From contig NZ_CAWUTS010000026.1 of the NCBI RefSeq assembly GCF_963925415.1, positions 1,776-65,775 of the forward strand: 64,000 nt of DNA, given 5' to 3'. This stretch comes from an uncultured Flavobacterium sp. (GTDB lineage: Bacteria > Bacteroidota > Bacteroidia > Flavobacteriales > Flavobacteriaceae). The notes under the pieces were generated by a model that saw only the letters and a program-made list of their open reading frames with translations, searched no databases and was not told the DNA's origin. Each line of letters opens with the position of its first letter. Position 1 is the first letter of the stretch. Positions 26,228 through 36,538 of the stretch are shown piece by piece. The translations under genes and the position numbers were made by a program.

Positions 26228-27655
26228 TTATAACGATAATTTTTTGTTTATGTCTTCAACAAATTTTTTGAATTGTTTGTCTGTTGAAACTAAATTATCT
26301 ACTGTTTTACAGGCATGAAGAACTGTTGCGTGATCTCTGTCTCCTATTTGTGAACCAATATTTGCTAACGAATTTTTAGTGTATTTTTTAGCAAAAAACA
26401 TAGCCAATTGACGTGCTTGAACCACATGTCTTTTTCTTGTTTTTGATTGTAAAATATCTAAGTCCAATTGAAAATATTCTGACACTACTTTTTGTATGTA
26501 ATCAATTGAAATTTCTCTTTTTACATTTTTAACAAATTTTTCTACGATTTGTTTAGCCAGTTCAACGGTTATTTCTCTTTTGTTAAAAGAAGATTGTGCA
26601 ATTAAAGAAATAATAGCTCCTTCTAATTCTCTTACGTTAGATTTGATGTTTTTTGCCACATATTCAATGATATCATCAGACATTTCAACACCGTCTCTAT
26701 ATAAAATATTTTTTAATATAGAAATTCTTGTTTCATAATCAGGTTGATGTAATTCTGCTGATAATCCCCATTTAAAGCGAGAAAGTAAGCGTTGCTCAAT
26801 ATCCTGCATGTCAATAGGAGCTTTGTCAGAAGTAAGAATTACTTGCTTTCCATTTTGATGTAAATAATTAAAAATATGAAAAAATACATCTTGAGTTCCT
26901 GATTTTCCTGATAAAAATTGAACATCATCAATAATTAAAACATCAATTAATTGATAAAAATGAATAAAATCATTTCTTGTATTTTTCTTTACAGAGTCAA
27001 TATATTGCTGCGTAAAAATTTCAGCAGAGATATACAAAACTGTTTTCTCAGGATATTTGTCTTTTATTTCAACACCAATAGCATGAGATAAATGGGTTTT
27101 TCCTAAACCAACTCCGCCAAAAATTAGTAAGGGATTAAATGATGTTCCTCCAGGCTTATTTGCAACGGCCATTCCAGCACTACGAGCCAGTCTGTTCGAA
27201 TCACCTTCAAGAAAATTATCAAAGCTGTAATTGGGATTTAATTGAGATTCAATTTTTAAATTACGAATTCCAGGAATTACAAACGGATTTCTTAATTCAG
27301 TATTTTTATTTACAACAGGAAAATCTACTTCTTGAGGCTTTACACTTGATCGTTGCGAACTTGGTAATTGTTCCGTATACGGAACATTATTACCATAAGT
27401 GTTTTCCATTTTAATTTTATATAGTAACTTAGCCGTTGGACCTAGCTCTTTGGTAAGAGCCACCTTTAATAATTTAACATAATGCTCTTCAAGCCATTCA
27501 TAAAAAAATTTACTTGGCACTTGAATATACAACGCGTTATCGGTTAGTTCAACTGATTTGATAGGTTCAAACCAAGTTTTAAAAGCTTGGTCTTGAATAT
27601 TATCTTTGATAAACTCTAAACAGTTTTTCCATACTGATTGCGCAGTTTTTGTCAT
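26228..27655 (-). CDS. dnaA: Chromosomal replication initiator
   Basis: FNPLLIFGGVGLGKTHL, IDDVQF, RLLSRF, NVRELEGA, RDHATVLHA. Confidence 0.99.
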   Translation of the reverse strand: MTKTAQSVWKNCLEFIKDNIQDQAFKTWFEPIKSVELTDNALYIQVPSKFFYEWLEEHYVKLLKVALTKELGPTAKLLYKIKMENTYGNNVPYTEQLPSSQRSSVKPQEVDFPVVNKNTELRNPFVIPGIRNLKIESQLNPNYSFDNFLEGDSNRLARSAGMAVANKPGGTSFNPLLIFGGVGLGKTHLSHAIGVEIKDKYPEKTVLYISAEIFTQQYIDSVKKNTRNDFIHFYQLIDVLIIDDVQFLSGKSGTQDVFFHIFNYLHQNGKQVILTSDKAPIDMQDIEQRLLSRFKWGLSAELHQPDYETRISILKNILYRDGVEMSDDIIEYVAKNIKSNVRELEGAIISLIAQSSFNKREITVELAKQIVEKFVKNVKREISIDYIQKVVSEYFQLDLDILQSKTRKRHVVQARQLAMFFAKKYTKNSLANIGSQIGDRDHATVLHACKTVDNLVSTDKQFKKFVEDINKKLSL

Positions 27656-27832
27656 AAATGAAATTCTATAAGGTTTTGTATGTTTTTAATTGTTAAAATT
27701 AACAATTGTGGCTCCAATAAATCGGGGACACAAATATGTGAACATTTTTTTAATAAAAAAAATGAAATAGGGGTTGATTATTAAAAATTAAAATTGTATA
27801 GTATAATGTATAAAAAAAAAATATATATATAT

Positions 27833-28234
27833 ATGAAAGAATATCAATTTTCTGTACGTGTTAGATATGCTGAAACAGACCAAATGGGTGTTGTTTATCA
27901 CGGTAATTATGCTCAATATTTTGAAATGGGCAGAGTTGAGTGGCTCAGAAACATTGGTATTTCTTATAAATGGATGGAAAGCAGTGGTGTAATGCTTCCT
28001 GTTGTCTCTTTAACTATAAATTATAAAAAGCCAGCTCGATACGATGACCTTATAACCGTTAAGACTATTTTTAAAAAGCAGACGTCTGTAAAGATAGAAT
28101 TTGACTATGAAATATATAATGAAAAGCAAGAATTGTTAACAACTGCATATTCCATGTTGGTTTTTGTTGATATGAAAACTAGTAAACCAATAATTCCACC
28201 GAATTATATTAAGGATAAATTAAATTGTATTTAA
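27833..28234 (+). CDS. Acyl-CoA thioesterase (YbgC/4HBT hotdog family)
   Basis: VRYAETDQMGVVYHGNY..YFEMGR. Confidence 0.93.
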   Translation: MKEYQFSVRVRYAETDQMGVVYHGNYAQYFEMGRVEWLRNIGISYKWMESSGVMLPVVSLTINYKKPARYDDLITVKTIFKKQTSVKIEFDYEIYNEKQELLTTAYSMLVFVDMKTSKPIIPPNYIKDKLNCI

Positions 28235-28833
28235 CATTTTTTTTTAATAATAACTTCATAAAAAGAACTAAAAATGGTGAATATATTTTGGGCATTTTTT
28301 TTTGGTACGCTTATTTCAATTTCGCAATTTAGTTCCATTTTTTGTGAAGTAATTTGTATATTTTTTTCTTTTGTAACACGCATTACATTATTAAGGTTTT
28401 TATAATCAAATGAAATTATAAAATTAATGTCTATTGTCTTATTGGTAATTAGTGAATTTTCAAGCGCTAATTGAGCAGCGGTTTTGTAAGCAGACATTAA
28501 GCCACCGACGCCTAACTTTATTCCGCCAAAATAACGAACGACAACTATAAGGGTGTTTGTTAACTCAAATGACTGAATTTGACCATATATTGGCATACCA
28601 GCGCTATTGTTAGGTTCTCCATCATCATTTACTCTGTACGATGGATTTTCTGTTCCAATTTGGTAGGCGTAACAAAAGTGTCGTGCGGTATGATGTTTTT
28701 TTTTTAATGACAAAATGATTTCTTTGACTTCATCCTCGTTAGAAACTGGAAAGGCATAGCTAAAAAATTTACTATTTTTTTCTTTAAAAAGTACTTCTTC
28801 AGAAGGTTGTGATATGGTTTTGTAGCTTTCCAT
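28231..28833 (-). CDS. YigZ/IMPACT family protein
   Basis: KNSKF, ARHFCYAY, DDGEP..SAG, VVRYFGGIKLGVGGL. Confidence 0.93.
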   Translation of the reverse strand: MESYKTISQPSEEVLFKEKNSKFFSYAFPVSNEDEVKEIILSLKKKHHTARHFCYAYQIGTENPSYRVNDDGEPNNSAGMPIYGQIQSFELTNTLIVVVRYFGGIKLGVGGLMSAYKTAAQLALENSLITNKTIDINFIISFDYKNLNNVMRVTKEKNIQITSQKMELNCEIEISVPKKNAQNIFTIFSSFYEVIIKKKC

Positions 28834-28850
28834 GTTCCGTTTTATTCATT

Positions 28851-29720
28851 TTAAATCGTCACTAGTACTATTGCAACTATAGCTAAAGTAATTCCAAAAG
28901 CATTTCGTTTTGAAAATTGTTCTTTAAAAAACAATAATCCTACAAGTGTAGTAATAATTACAATTGATATGTTGTGAATTGTAAACAAAGTAGCACTTTG
29001 AAATGCTTTCGCTTCTAACATCTTTACTAAATAATATAGAGAAAAATAATTAGGCAACCCTAATATTATGCCTGCAATGATATTTCGTGCTTCTAATTTA
29101 ATCTTTTTTCTTAGAAATTGAATTGTAATGAGTATAATACCTACAATAAAAGCACATAAAAAAGTAATACAAGAAAATAAAGTTACTTTTTCTGAACTTA
29201 CATGATATGTTTGTAAAAATTTTAAACTGGAGTCAATTGTTCCTGCTCCTATAAAGACTAAAGCCGGAAAAATTAAGTCCTTCTTTTTTTGAATTTCTCC
29301 TATTTCTTTTTTAGAACTAAAGTAGACTGCTATTAACGCTAATATAATTCCTGCTATTTTAATAAAATTAAGGATTTCATTATACAATACGATGCCGCAA
29401 ATAATAGGAATAATTACTGACATTTTTGAAGCTACCGAAGCTACAGAAAGACCATTTTGTTGAGATGTTAAAGCCGTTACATAAAAGGTACCTATAAAAA
29501 TTAGGCCCAAAAGTACACTGCCTATAAACCAGCTTTCATTACTAAATTCATTAAATTTAATAGAATGATAGGAATTTGGCAAAAAGGATACACCAACCAA
29601 AAAAGCTACAAAATAATTGACTACCAGGGCCTGAAGAGCTTCAATTTTATATTTTGCAAATAATTTTACAATAACAAAAAGAATAGCATTAAAAAAAATG
29701 CTTAAAATTAAATATATCAC
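28851..29720 (-). CDS. DMT/EamA family transporter
   Basis: About ten hydrophobic segments in two repeats; LYNE and FFKE motifs. Confidence 0.82.
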   Translation of the reverse strand: MIYLILSIFFNAILFVIVKLFAKYKIEALQALVVNYFVAFLVGVSFLPNSYHSIKFNEFSNESWFIGSVLLGLIFIGTFYVTALTSQQNGLSVASVASKMSVIIPIICGIVLYNEILNFIKIAGIILALIAVYFSSKKEIGEIQKKKDLIFPALVFIGAGTIDSSLKFLQTYHVSSEKVTLFSCITFLCAFIVGIILITIQFLRKKIKLEARNIIAGIILGLPNYFSLYYLVKMLEAKAFQSATLFTIHNISIVIITTLVGLLFFKEQFSKRNAFGITLAIVAIVLVTI

Positions 29721-29723
29721 TGT

Positions 29724-30326
29724 TTAAGGAATGAAATTATCAAATAAGTTGGTTACATCTTCTTTTCCGACTTGTAAATTCCACACACTAAGCCCGGTTT
29801 TTTTTGCAGCATCTGTGTTTTCTTTTTTGTCGTCTACAAATAAAGTGTTTTTTGCAATTAGTTGGTGTTTTTCAATGATAAATTTATATATGTTTTTATC
29901 GGGTTTGCGCAGGCCCATTTCAAATGAATAATATACATGTTCAAAACAATTGATGAAACGATTATAAAATGCAGATCCCACTTTTCGCTTAAATTCTTCT
30001 ATATGGGTATAATCAGTGTTACTTAATAAAAATAATTTATATTTTGAAGCAAGTTGCTCTAAAAACTCCAATCGATATAAAGGGAAATTGACCAAAATAC
30101 TATTCCATGCCTTTTTAATGCTTATAGGATCAATATGTGGAATTTCTTTTTGAAATCCACTCAAAAATTCCATTTCATTTATTGCTCCTATTTCATATTG
30201 ATAATTTAAATGATTTAAATTATCATTCCATTGGGTTAAACCCAATTTTTGTAATTCTTGCTCAACTTTAGTTTTATTTAAATTGATAAAAACATCACCA
30301 AAGTCAAAAATAATAGTATTAATCAT
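29724..30326 (-). CDS. HAD family phosphatase
   Basis: IIFDFGDV, LLSNT, RKPD, FVDD. Confidence 0.9.
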   Translation of the reverse strand: MINTIIFDFGDVFINLNKTKVEQELQKLGLTQWNDNLNHLNYQYEIGAINEMEFLSGFQKEIPHIDPISIKKAWNSILVNFPLYRLEFLEQLASKYKLFLLSNTDYTHIEEFKRKVGSAFYNRFINCFEHVYYSFEMGLRKPDKNIYKFIIEKHQLIAKNTLFVDDKKENTDAAKKTGLSVWNLQVGKEDVTNLFDNFIP

Positions 30327-31380
30327 GATTTTTTAAAAGTATGAGTTGGTCATCTAGTAGGTTTATTTTTTTAACTGTTAAACCTTTTATTATAGGAGCT
30401 TTTAATCCCTTTTTAAACATATTTTTCCCTTTAAAAATACGTGCTTCATCCCATGTATTTTCATCAATAAAAGTTTGAATGGTTTGACTTCCTCCTTCAA
30501 CAATAAGTGACTGAATGTTGTGTTTTACTAAAATTTCTATTATGTTTTGAATCAAATGAGAATCAAAAGCACAATACTCATAAATGCAATTTTTAGTTGA
30601 TTTAAAATCTTTGTTTTCGGTTAAAAATATGGTTTTTAAGCTGTTGTTTTTTACATGAAATGATTCGTTAATTTTGCCAGACTTGTCTAACACAATTCGT
30701 ATTGGACTTGATCCATAAAAACTGCGTGCATTTAAACTAGGATTATCATTTAAAACTGTATTTGTGCCTACCAAAATAGCTTGTTCTTCTGTTCTCCATT
30801 TATGAACCATTTGTCTGGAATGGTTATTGGTAATCCAAATCGGTTCTAATTTGGTATGATCTACTTGTCTCAGTGTTTTATCAGGGGCGATATAACCATC
30901 ATCTGTTTCAGCCCATTTAAGTATAATATATGGACGTTTTTTTTGATGATATGTAAAAAAGCGTTTATTTAAATTGGCACATTCTTTTTCTAAAATTCCA
31001 ATTGTAACATGTGTACCTGCTTCTATTAATTTTTTAATGCCATTTCCAGCCACTTTCTCGTTTGGATCTAAAGTTCCGATAACTACATTTGGAATTTTAT
31101 ACTGTATTATTAAATCGGCACAAGGGGGTGTTTTTCCAAAATGACTGCAGGGTTCTAAACTAACATAAATAGTTGATTTTAAAAGTAATGTTTTGTCTTT
31201 TACAGATTTAATTGCGTTAACCTCTGCATGAGGCTCACCTGCTTTTTTATGCCAACCTTCACCAATAATTTCATCGTTAAATACAACAACACTTCCTACC
31301 AAAGGATTTGGATAGGTTGTGCCTAAACCATTTTTAGCTAAGGCAATGCAACGATTTATATATTTTTGATGTTTGTTCAC
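30319..31380 (-). CDS. ribD: Bifunctional riboflavin biosynthesis deaminase/reductase (probable GTG start at 31380)
   Basis: PNPLVG, HAEV, LEPCSHFGKTPPC, VEGG. Confidence 0.96.
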   Translation of the reverse strand: MNKHQKYINRCIALAKNGLGTTYPNPLVGSVVVFNDEIIGEGWHKKAGEPHAEVNAIKSVKDKTLLLKSTIYVSLEPCSHFGKTPPCADLIIQYKIPNVVIGTLDPNEKVAGNGIKKLIEAGTHVTIGILEKECANLNKRFFTYHQKKRPYIILKWAETDDGYIAPDKTLRQVDHTKLEPIWITNNHSRQMVHKWRTEEQAILVGTNTVLNDNPSLNARSFYGSSPIRIVLDKSGKINESFHVKNNSLKTIFLTENKDFKSTKNCIYEYCAFDSHLIQNIIEILVKHNIQSLIVEGGSQTIQTFIDENTWDEARIFKGKNMFKKGLKAPIIKGLTVKKINLLDDQLILLKNHD

Positions 31381-31427
31381 TCTGCAAAAATAGTACATTT
31401 GTATTTAGAATTTTTATTTTTTATTTT

Positions 31428-31910
31428 ATGGTAATTAGAAAGATTGAAAAAAAAGATAATGAACAAATTGCACAAGTAATTAGAGCCGTTTTTATATCGG
31501 ACAACTACCCTAAGTCAGGAACTGCTTTTGCGGATGTTCAATTGGATTTTATGTATGAAGCTTATGATAGGCCAAAAGCTATTTATTTTGTTGTGGAACA
31601 CGACGATGTCATTATTGGCGGTGCAGGTATAAGTCAGTTAGAAAACTCAAGTGAAAATATTTGCGAATTGCAAAAAATGTATTTTTTACAAGAAGTTCGA
31701 GGCAAAGGTGTTGGTTTTGAAATGATTCAAAAATGCTTGGTTATGGCAAAAGTAATGGGTTACGAAAAATGTTATTTAGAAACACTACCCGAAATGCTAG
31801 CTGCTCAAAAATTATACAACAAACTCGGTTTTGTTTACTTAACTAAACCAATGGGAGGAACAGGTCATACCAGTTGTCCAGTATGGATGATAAAGGAATT
31901 GAATGCTTAA
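31428..31910 (+). CDS. GNAT acetyltransferase (YjgM-like)
   Basis: CELQKMYF, RGKGVG, CYLET, AQKLYNKLGF. Confidence 0.9.
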   Translation: MVIRKIEKKDNEQIAQVIRAVFISDNYPKSGTAFADVQLDFMYEAYDRPKAIYFVVEHDDVIIGGAGISQLENSSENICELQKMYFLQEVRGKGVGFEMIQKCLVMAKVMGYEKCYLETLPEMLAAQKLYNKLGFVYLTKPMGGTGHTSCPVWMIKELNA

Positions 31911-31928
31911 TTGAATAGAATAAAAAAC

Positions 31929-32783
31929 ATGATATTAAAAGAATATAAAAATAAGTTTATTGAGTCGTTAGCTCTAATTTATGACAATCATGAAATAGAC
32001 AGTTTTTTTTACATTATAACTGAATATTTACATCAAAAAAAGCGAGTAGATTTAGCTTTAAATCCCAATTTTGTTTTAACTGAAACAGAATTAGAAAAAT
32101 GGAAATCTATAGTAGATGAACTTAAACAAGAAAAACCCATTCAATATATTTTAGGAGAAACAGAGTTTTTTGGTTTGCGCTTTTTTGTAAACGAGCATAC
32201 GTTAATCCCAAGATCCGAAACCGAAGAGCTTGTTGAATTAATTCTTTCAAATAATAAAAGGAGCAGTTCAACTTTTAAACCTAAAATTTTAGACATAGGA
32301 ACAGGATCAGGCTGCATTGCTATATGTTTAGCTAAACATATAGCAAACGCAGAAGTTTATGCCTTAGACGTGTCTAAAAAAGCCTTAACGGTTGCCACAA
32401 AAAATGCTTTGGATAACAAAGTTGAAATTGTGTTTTTACAACAAAGCATTTTAAAAACAGATGATCTTTTTCAAGAATTTGACCTTATAGTTTCTAATCC
32501 GCCATATGTTCGAAATTTAGAAAAAGTAGCAATCAATAAAAATGTTTTAGACTATGAGCCTCATTTAGCACTATTTGTTGAAGATACAGATGCCTTATTA
32601 TTTTATAGAAAAATTGCACAATTAGCACTAAAAAATTTAACCCCAAGCGGAAAGTTATATTTTGAAATCAATCAATACTTAGCAAAGGAAACGGTTGATT
32701 TACTTAAAAATTTAGGATTTAATACTATTCAATTGTTTCAAGATGTGTATGGAAACGACAGAATGATTAGTTGTCAAAGATAA
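31929..32783 (+). CDS. prmC: Release factor glutamine N5-methyltransferase
   Basis: PIQYILG, LIPRSETEE, LDIGTGSG, SNPPY. Confidence 0.96.
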   Translation: MILKEYKNKFIESLALIYDNHEIDSFFYIITEYLHQKKRVDLALNPNFVLTETELEKWKSIVDELKQEKPIQYILGETEFFGLRFFVNEHTLIPRSETEELVELILSNNKRSSSTFKPKILDIGTGSGCIAICLAKHIANAEVYALDVSKKALTVATKNALDNKVEIVFLQQSILKTDDLFQEFDLIVSNPPYVRNLEKVAINKNVLDYEPHLALFVEDTDALLFYRKIAQLALKNLTPSGKLYFEINQYLAKETVDLLKNLGFNTIQLFQDVYGNDRMISCQR

Positions 32784-32789
32784 AACTTG

Positions 32790-34031
32790 TTATTCGTAAC
32801 GCAAAGCCTCAACAGGGTCTAATTTAGACGCTTTCATAGCAGGATATACGCCAGAAACAATGGTAACTACAAATGTGGTAATAAAGGCAGCTATCATTGC
32901 CATCCAAGGTATTGTAAAAACAAAACCAATAGCAACAGCTATAGCATAACCTATCAAAATTCCAAGAATAATACCTACAAGTCCACCTAATTGACCTATT
33001 ACTAGTGTTTCCGTAAAAAATTGCCAAGCAATGGTACTGCTTTTTGCTCCTAACGATTTTCTAATTCCGATTTCTCTTGTTCGTTCGCTAACAGAAACCA
33101 GCATAATATTCATTAAGGCAATCGATGAGCCAAAAACAGTTATAATTCCTATTACCCATGCTGTAATACTTAAAACCTCTGTATTTGATGACAATGTTTG
33201 AATTAAATCATCACTTCGTTCAATACCAAAATTTTCTTTTTCAACAGGACTTAGTTTGCGCACTTGTCGCATGGTAATTAAAGCGTTTTCAACAGCTTCG
33301 TCTAACAAAGCTTCGTTAGTAACCATAACATTTAAGTCATAATTTATATTGGGTACCGAAAATAAAGAACGAGCCACTTGATTTGGAATTAAAACACGTA
33401 AATCTTGATTGTTTCCAAAAGTGGATCCTTTTTCTTTTAAAACACCAATAACTTTAAACTTGGCTCCACGAATAGAGATGATTTTATCTATAGGATTAAT
33501 GCCATTAAACAAACCTTTTTCAAAATCTGAGCCTAAAACGCACACATAATTATTATTAGCAATGTCAAATGAATTAAAATTTCGCCCTTTTGCAATATTT
33601 AAACCTTTATTAGGACAAAAATTATCATCAACACCTATAATATTAATTTCAGGATCTGTTTTTTTGTCTTTATATTTAACTTCAATCCCGCTGGCTGCAG
33701 AAAAGGACAATGATGTAGTGGTAAACGGGAAGTTGTATTTTTCTTGAAAATCTCTGGCTTGAGGATAATTTAATATGGGATTTACACGAACATCAACATC
33801 ATTTTTATTAATTTCCGAAGAAAAATCGTATCTACTTATAGAAAATGTATTTGCGCCCATTGATGCAAAATCATTTAATATTGTGTTTTTTAAGGCAGAA
33901 ACAACGGTAAGAATACCAACTAATGCCGTTATTCCCAATGCGATAATAAAAACGGTTAAAGACGTTCGCAAAGCTTGACTTCTAATAGAGTCTATTGCAA
34001 TTTTTGTGTTTTCTTTAAATAATCCTACCAT
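32790..34031 (-). CDS. MacB/FtsX-family ABC transporter permease (no adjacent ATPase)
   Basis: RTSLT..IALG, MNIMLVSVSERTREIGIRKSLGA, LDPVEALRYE. Confidence 0.92.
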   Translation of the reverse strand: MVGLFKENTKIAIDSIRSQALRTSLTVFIIALGITALVGILTVVSALKNTILNDFASMGANTFSISRYDFSSEINKNDVDVRVNPILNYPQARDFQEKYNFPFTTTSLSFSAASGIEVKYKDKKTDPEINIIGVDDNFCPNKGLNIAKGRNFNSFDIANNNYVCVLGSDFEKGLFNGINPIDKIISIRGAKFKVIGVLKEKGSTFGNNQDLRVLIPNQVARSLFSVPNINYDLNVMVTNEALLDEAVENALITMRQVRKLSPVEKENFGIERSDDLIQTLSSNTEVLSITAWVIGIITVFGSSIALMNIMLVSVSERTREIGIRKSLGAKSSTIAWQFFTETLVIGQLGGLVGIILGILIGYAIAVAIGFVFTIPWMAMIAAFITTFVVTIVSGVYPAMKASKLDPVEALRYE

Positions 34032-34185
34032 GGCTATAAGACTTAAAAAATATTTTTTTGTTACAAATTTAGTTTACAATTCTTTAAATTCTATTAAAAG
34101 TAAGATATTTGCAAAAGAATAAGGATTAATTTTGTTTTTGAAGCTCAATAATCTGAAAAACCTAATAACTCTAGAATTCAATAAT

Positions 34186-35559
34186 ATGTCAAAAAAACCC
34201 AGTATTCCAAAAGGAACAAGAGATTTTTCACCTACAGAAGTAGCTAAGCGTAATTATATTTTTGATGTTATAAAATCAAATTTTGAAAATTTTGGTTTCC
34301 AACCTATAGAAACGCCTTCGTTTGAGAATTCAGATACCTTAATGGGTAAATATGGCGAAGAAGGCGACCGATTGATTTTTAAGATATTAAACTCTGGTGA
34401 TTATTTAGATAAAGTTTCTTCGGACGATTTAGAGGCTATTAACTACAAAAAGTTAAGTGCTAAAATTTCTGAAAAAGCATTGCGTTACGATTTAACAGTT
34501 CCATTTGCTAGGTACGTGGTGCAACATCAAAACGAAATTGACTTTCCATTTAAAAGATATCAAATACAACCCGTTTGGAGAGCAGACCGGCCTCAAAAAG
34601 GACGCTTTAGAGAGTTTTTTCAATGTGATGCTGATGTTGTAGGTTCAACATCTTTATGGCAAGAAATAGAGTTGATTCAATTATATGATAGTGTCTTTAG
34701 TCAACTAGGATTACATAAAACAATAATTAAGATTAACAACCGAAAAATATTATCAGGTATTGCTGAGGTGATTGGTGCATCAGATAAATTAATTGATTTT
34801 ACTGTTGCTTTAGATAAGTTAGATAAAATTGGCGAAGATGGTGTTAAAAAGGAAATGTTAGAAAAAGGTATTTCTGAAATAGCTATAGAAAAGGTTCAAC
34901 CATTATTTAATTTAACGGGAACAGTTCAGCAAAAAATTGAAAAACTATCTCATTTGCTAGCATCTTCTGAAGAAGGAAAGAAAGGAGTAGAAGAATTGAA
35001 GTTTATTTGCTCTGCTGTTCAAGATTTAGGATTGCAAACAGCGTCATTAGATTTAGATGTTACTTTAGCTCGTGGACTAAATTACTATACAGGTTCCATT
35101 TTTGAAGTTACAGCACCAAAAGAAGTTGCCATGGGTTCAATTGGTGGAGGTGGAAGATATGACGATTTGACAGGGATTTTTGGATTAAAAAACATGAGCG
35201 GTGTGGGTATTTCTTTTGGTTTAGACCGAATTGCATTAGTAATCGAAGAATTAAACTTATTTCCTAAAACTGTTTTGTCAACTTCAAAAGCTATGTTTAT
35301 AAATTTTGGAAATAAAGAAGCTTTATACAGCATGAAGGCTATAACTAAACTAAGGTCTAATAATATAAAAGTTGAATTGTATCCTGATAATGCAAAGATT
35401 GCTAAGCAATTTCAATATGCAGATAAAAGAGGCATTCCTTTCGCTGTTTTAGTTGGTGATCATGAAATGAATACACAAGAGTTTATACTAAAAAACTTAA
35501 AGTCAGGAGAACAAATAAAATTAAGCTTAGAAAAACTTGCTGAAGAATTAAATAAATAA
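34186..35559 (+). CDS. hisS: Histidine--tRNA ligase
   Basis: [29 protein letters not shown]. Confidence 0.98.
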   Translation: MSKKPSIPKGTRDFSPTEVAKRNYIFDVIKSNFENFGFQPIETPSFENSDTLMGKYGEEGDRLIFKILNSGDYLDKVSSDDLEAINYKKLSAKISEKALRYDLTVPFARYVVQHQNEIDFPFKRYQIQPVWRADRPQKGRFREFFQCDADVVGSTSLWQEIELIQLYDSVFSQLGLHKTIIKINNRKILSGIAEVIGASDKLIDFTVALDKLDKIGEDGVKKEMLEKGISEIAIEKVQPLFNLTGTVQQKIEKLSHLLASSEEGKKGVEELKFICSAVQDLGLQTASLDLDVTLARGLNYYTGSIFEVTAPKEVAMGSIGGGGRYDDLTGIFGLKNMSGVGISFGLDRIALVIEELNLFPKTVLSTSKAMFINFGNKEALYSMKAITKLRSNNIKVELYPDNAKIAKQFQYADKRGIPFAVLVGDHEMNTQEFILKNLKSGEQIKLSLEKLAEELNK

Positions 35560-35573
35560 TTTTGAGGTGTACT

Positions 35574-35606
35574 AAAAAATAAATCCAACCGTTAGGTTGG
35601 ATTTAT
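35574..35606. terminator. Intrinsic terminator after hisS; T tract favours the minus strand
   Basis: ATAAATCCAACC-GTTA-GGTTGGATTTAT preceded by an A6 run. Confidence 0.8.
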
Positions 35607-35703
35607 AATAAACATACAAACTCCTAATAAAAATCAAAATTAAAATTTCAATTTTTTATTATAAATTAAACAATAAAGTCCCCTAACTCCTTATTGTAAT
35701 TAT
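35574..35703 (-). ncRNA. Candidate small RNA (~130 nt)
   Basis: Minus-strand TATATTTG at 35715-35708, no substantial ORF, ends in the hairpin plus U tract at 35606-35574. Confidence 0.4.
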
Positions 35704-35981
35704 AGTACAAATATAACTAAATGTTTTTTAATATTTACACATTTGTTGAAGAAATGTACTTAAATTTATTTAAAAAATCGTTAAAATGCAATTTTTTATC
35801 GTTAACGTGGCTTAAAACTCTTTTTTTGTTAATTAATTTAATCAAAATTGGATAAATTTTGTTTTTTACGTCTAATATTTAAAAATGCGATAAAGTATAA
35901 AAATATTTTTTCGAAAAAATAAGCCATAAATAAAGGATTAAAAATTAATCCTTTATAAATCTAGATATTATGATTTTAACA

Positions 35982-36000
35982 TTTGTAGCGAAGACGGGAA
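35982..36000 (-). repeat. att-like duplicate of the tRNA-Met 3' end
   Basis: TTTGTAGCGAAGACGGGAA is identical to 42817-42835. Confidence 0.9.
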
Positions 36001-36147
36001 CCAGGGTTGTAAAAATCAATTATAAACACAGTAATCCTTTATTTTTAGGATACATGAATGTTTAAAAATCAATTTTAAAGCTTTTAGTTTCCTTACCTCA
36101 CGCTGTATTTATATAATAGTAAAAACTATTTTCAATATTTTTTTCCC

Positions 36148-36155
36148 TACATTTG
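36148..36155 (+). promoter_or_regulatory. Bacteroidota -7 promoter element for the island operon (near-leaderless transcript)
   Basis: TACATTTG ends 5 nt before the ATG at 36161. Confidence 0.6.
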
Positions 36156-36160
36156 TAAAG

Positions 36161-36538
36161 ATGTTTAAGAAATCAGTATCTATATTATTTCTTGTTTTGG
36201 CTAGTTCTCTTTATTTAGGACATAGCTTGTTTCTTCATACTCATGTAGAGGAGCACCATCATCATAATGAAGGTTCTGAAGATAACACGTTGTCACATTT
36301 CTTTTGTCATCTTAATCATTCTTGTGATTTTTTTTCGAATAATCATATAGAAGATACTGTAAAAACCAATAAAAAAGTTCCTGATTCAATTGTTTTAGTT
36401 CAAGGAATTTTATCTTTTACCAATTCAATTGGGTTTTATTTTAAAAAAGAGGTGATTCAAAATAAAGATTCGCATGTCTTTATTTCTCCCCACTTACATT
36501 CCTTACAATTTCGAGGGCCACCCACACTTTTTATCTAA
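36161..36538 (+). CDS. Exported His-rich protein with C-terminal RGPP; putative arrest/leader peptide (DUF2946-like architecture)
   Basis: N-terminal signal/TM, HTHVEEHHHH, HFFCHLNHSC, ends FRGPPTLFI*. Confidence 0.7.
   Translation: MFKKSVSILFLVLASSLYLGHSLFLHTHVEEHHHHNEGSEDNTLSHFFCHLNHSCDFFSNNHIEDTVKTNKKVPDSIVLVQGILSFTNSIGFYFKKEVIQNKDSHVFISPHLHSLQFRGPPTLFI

Noticed and set aside
27656-27832. oriC next to dnaA
   Set aside because: No cluster of DnaA boxes seen, only a weak TGTGAACAT and an AT run; dnaN is not adjacent
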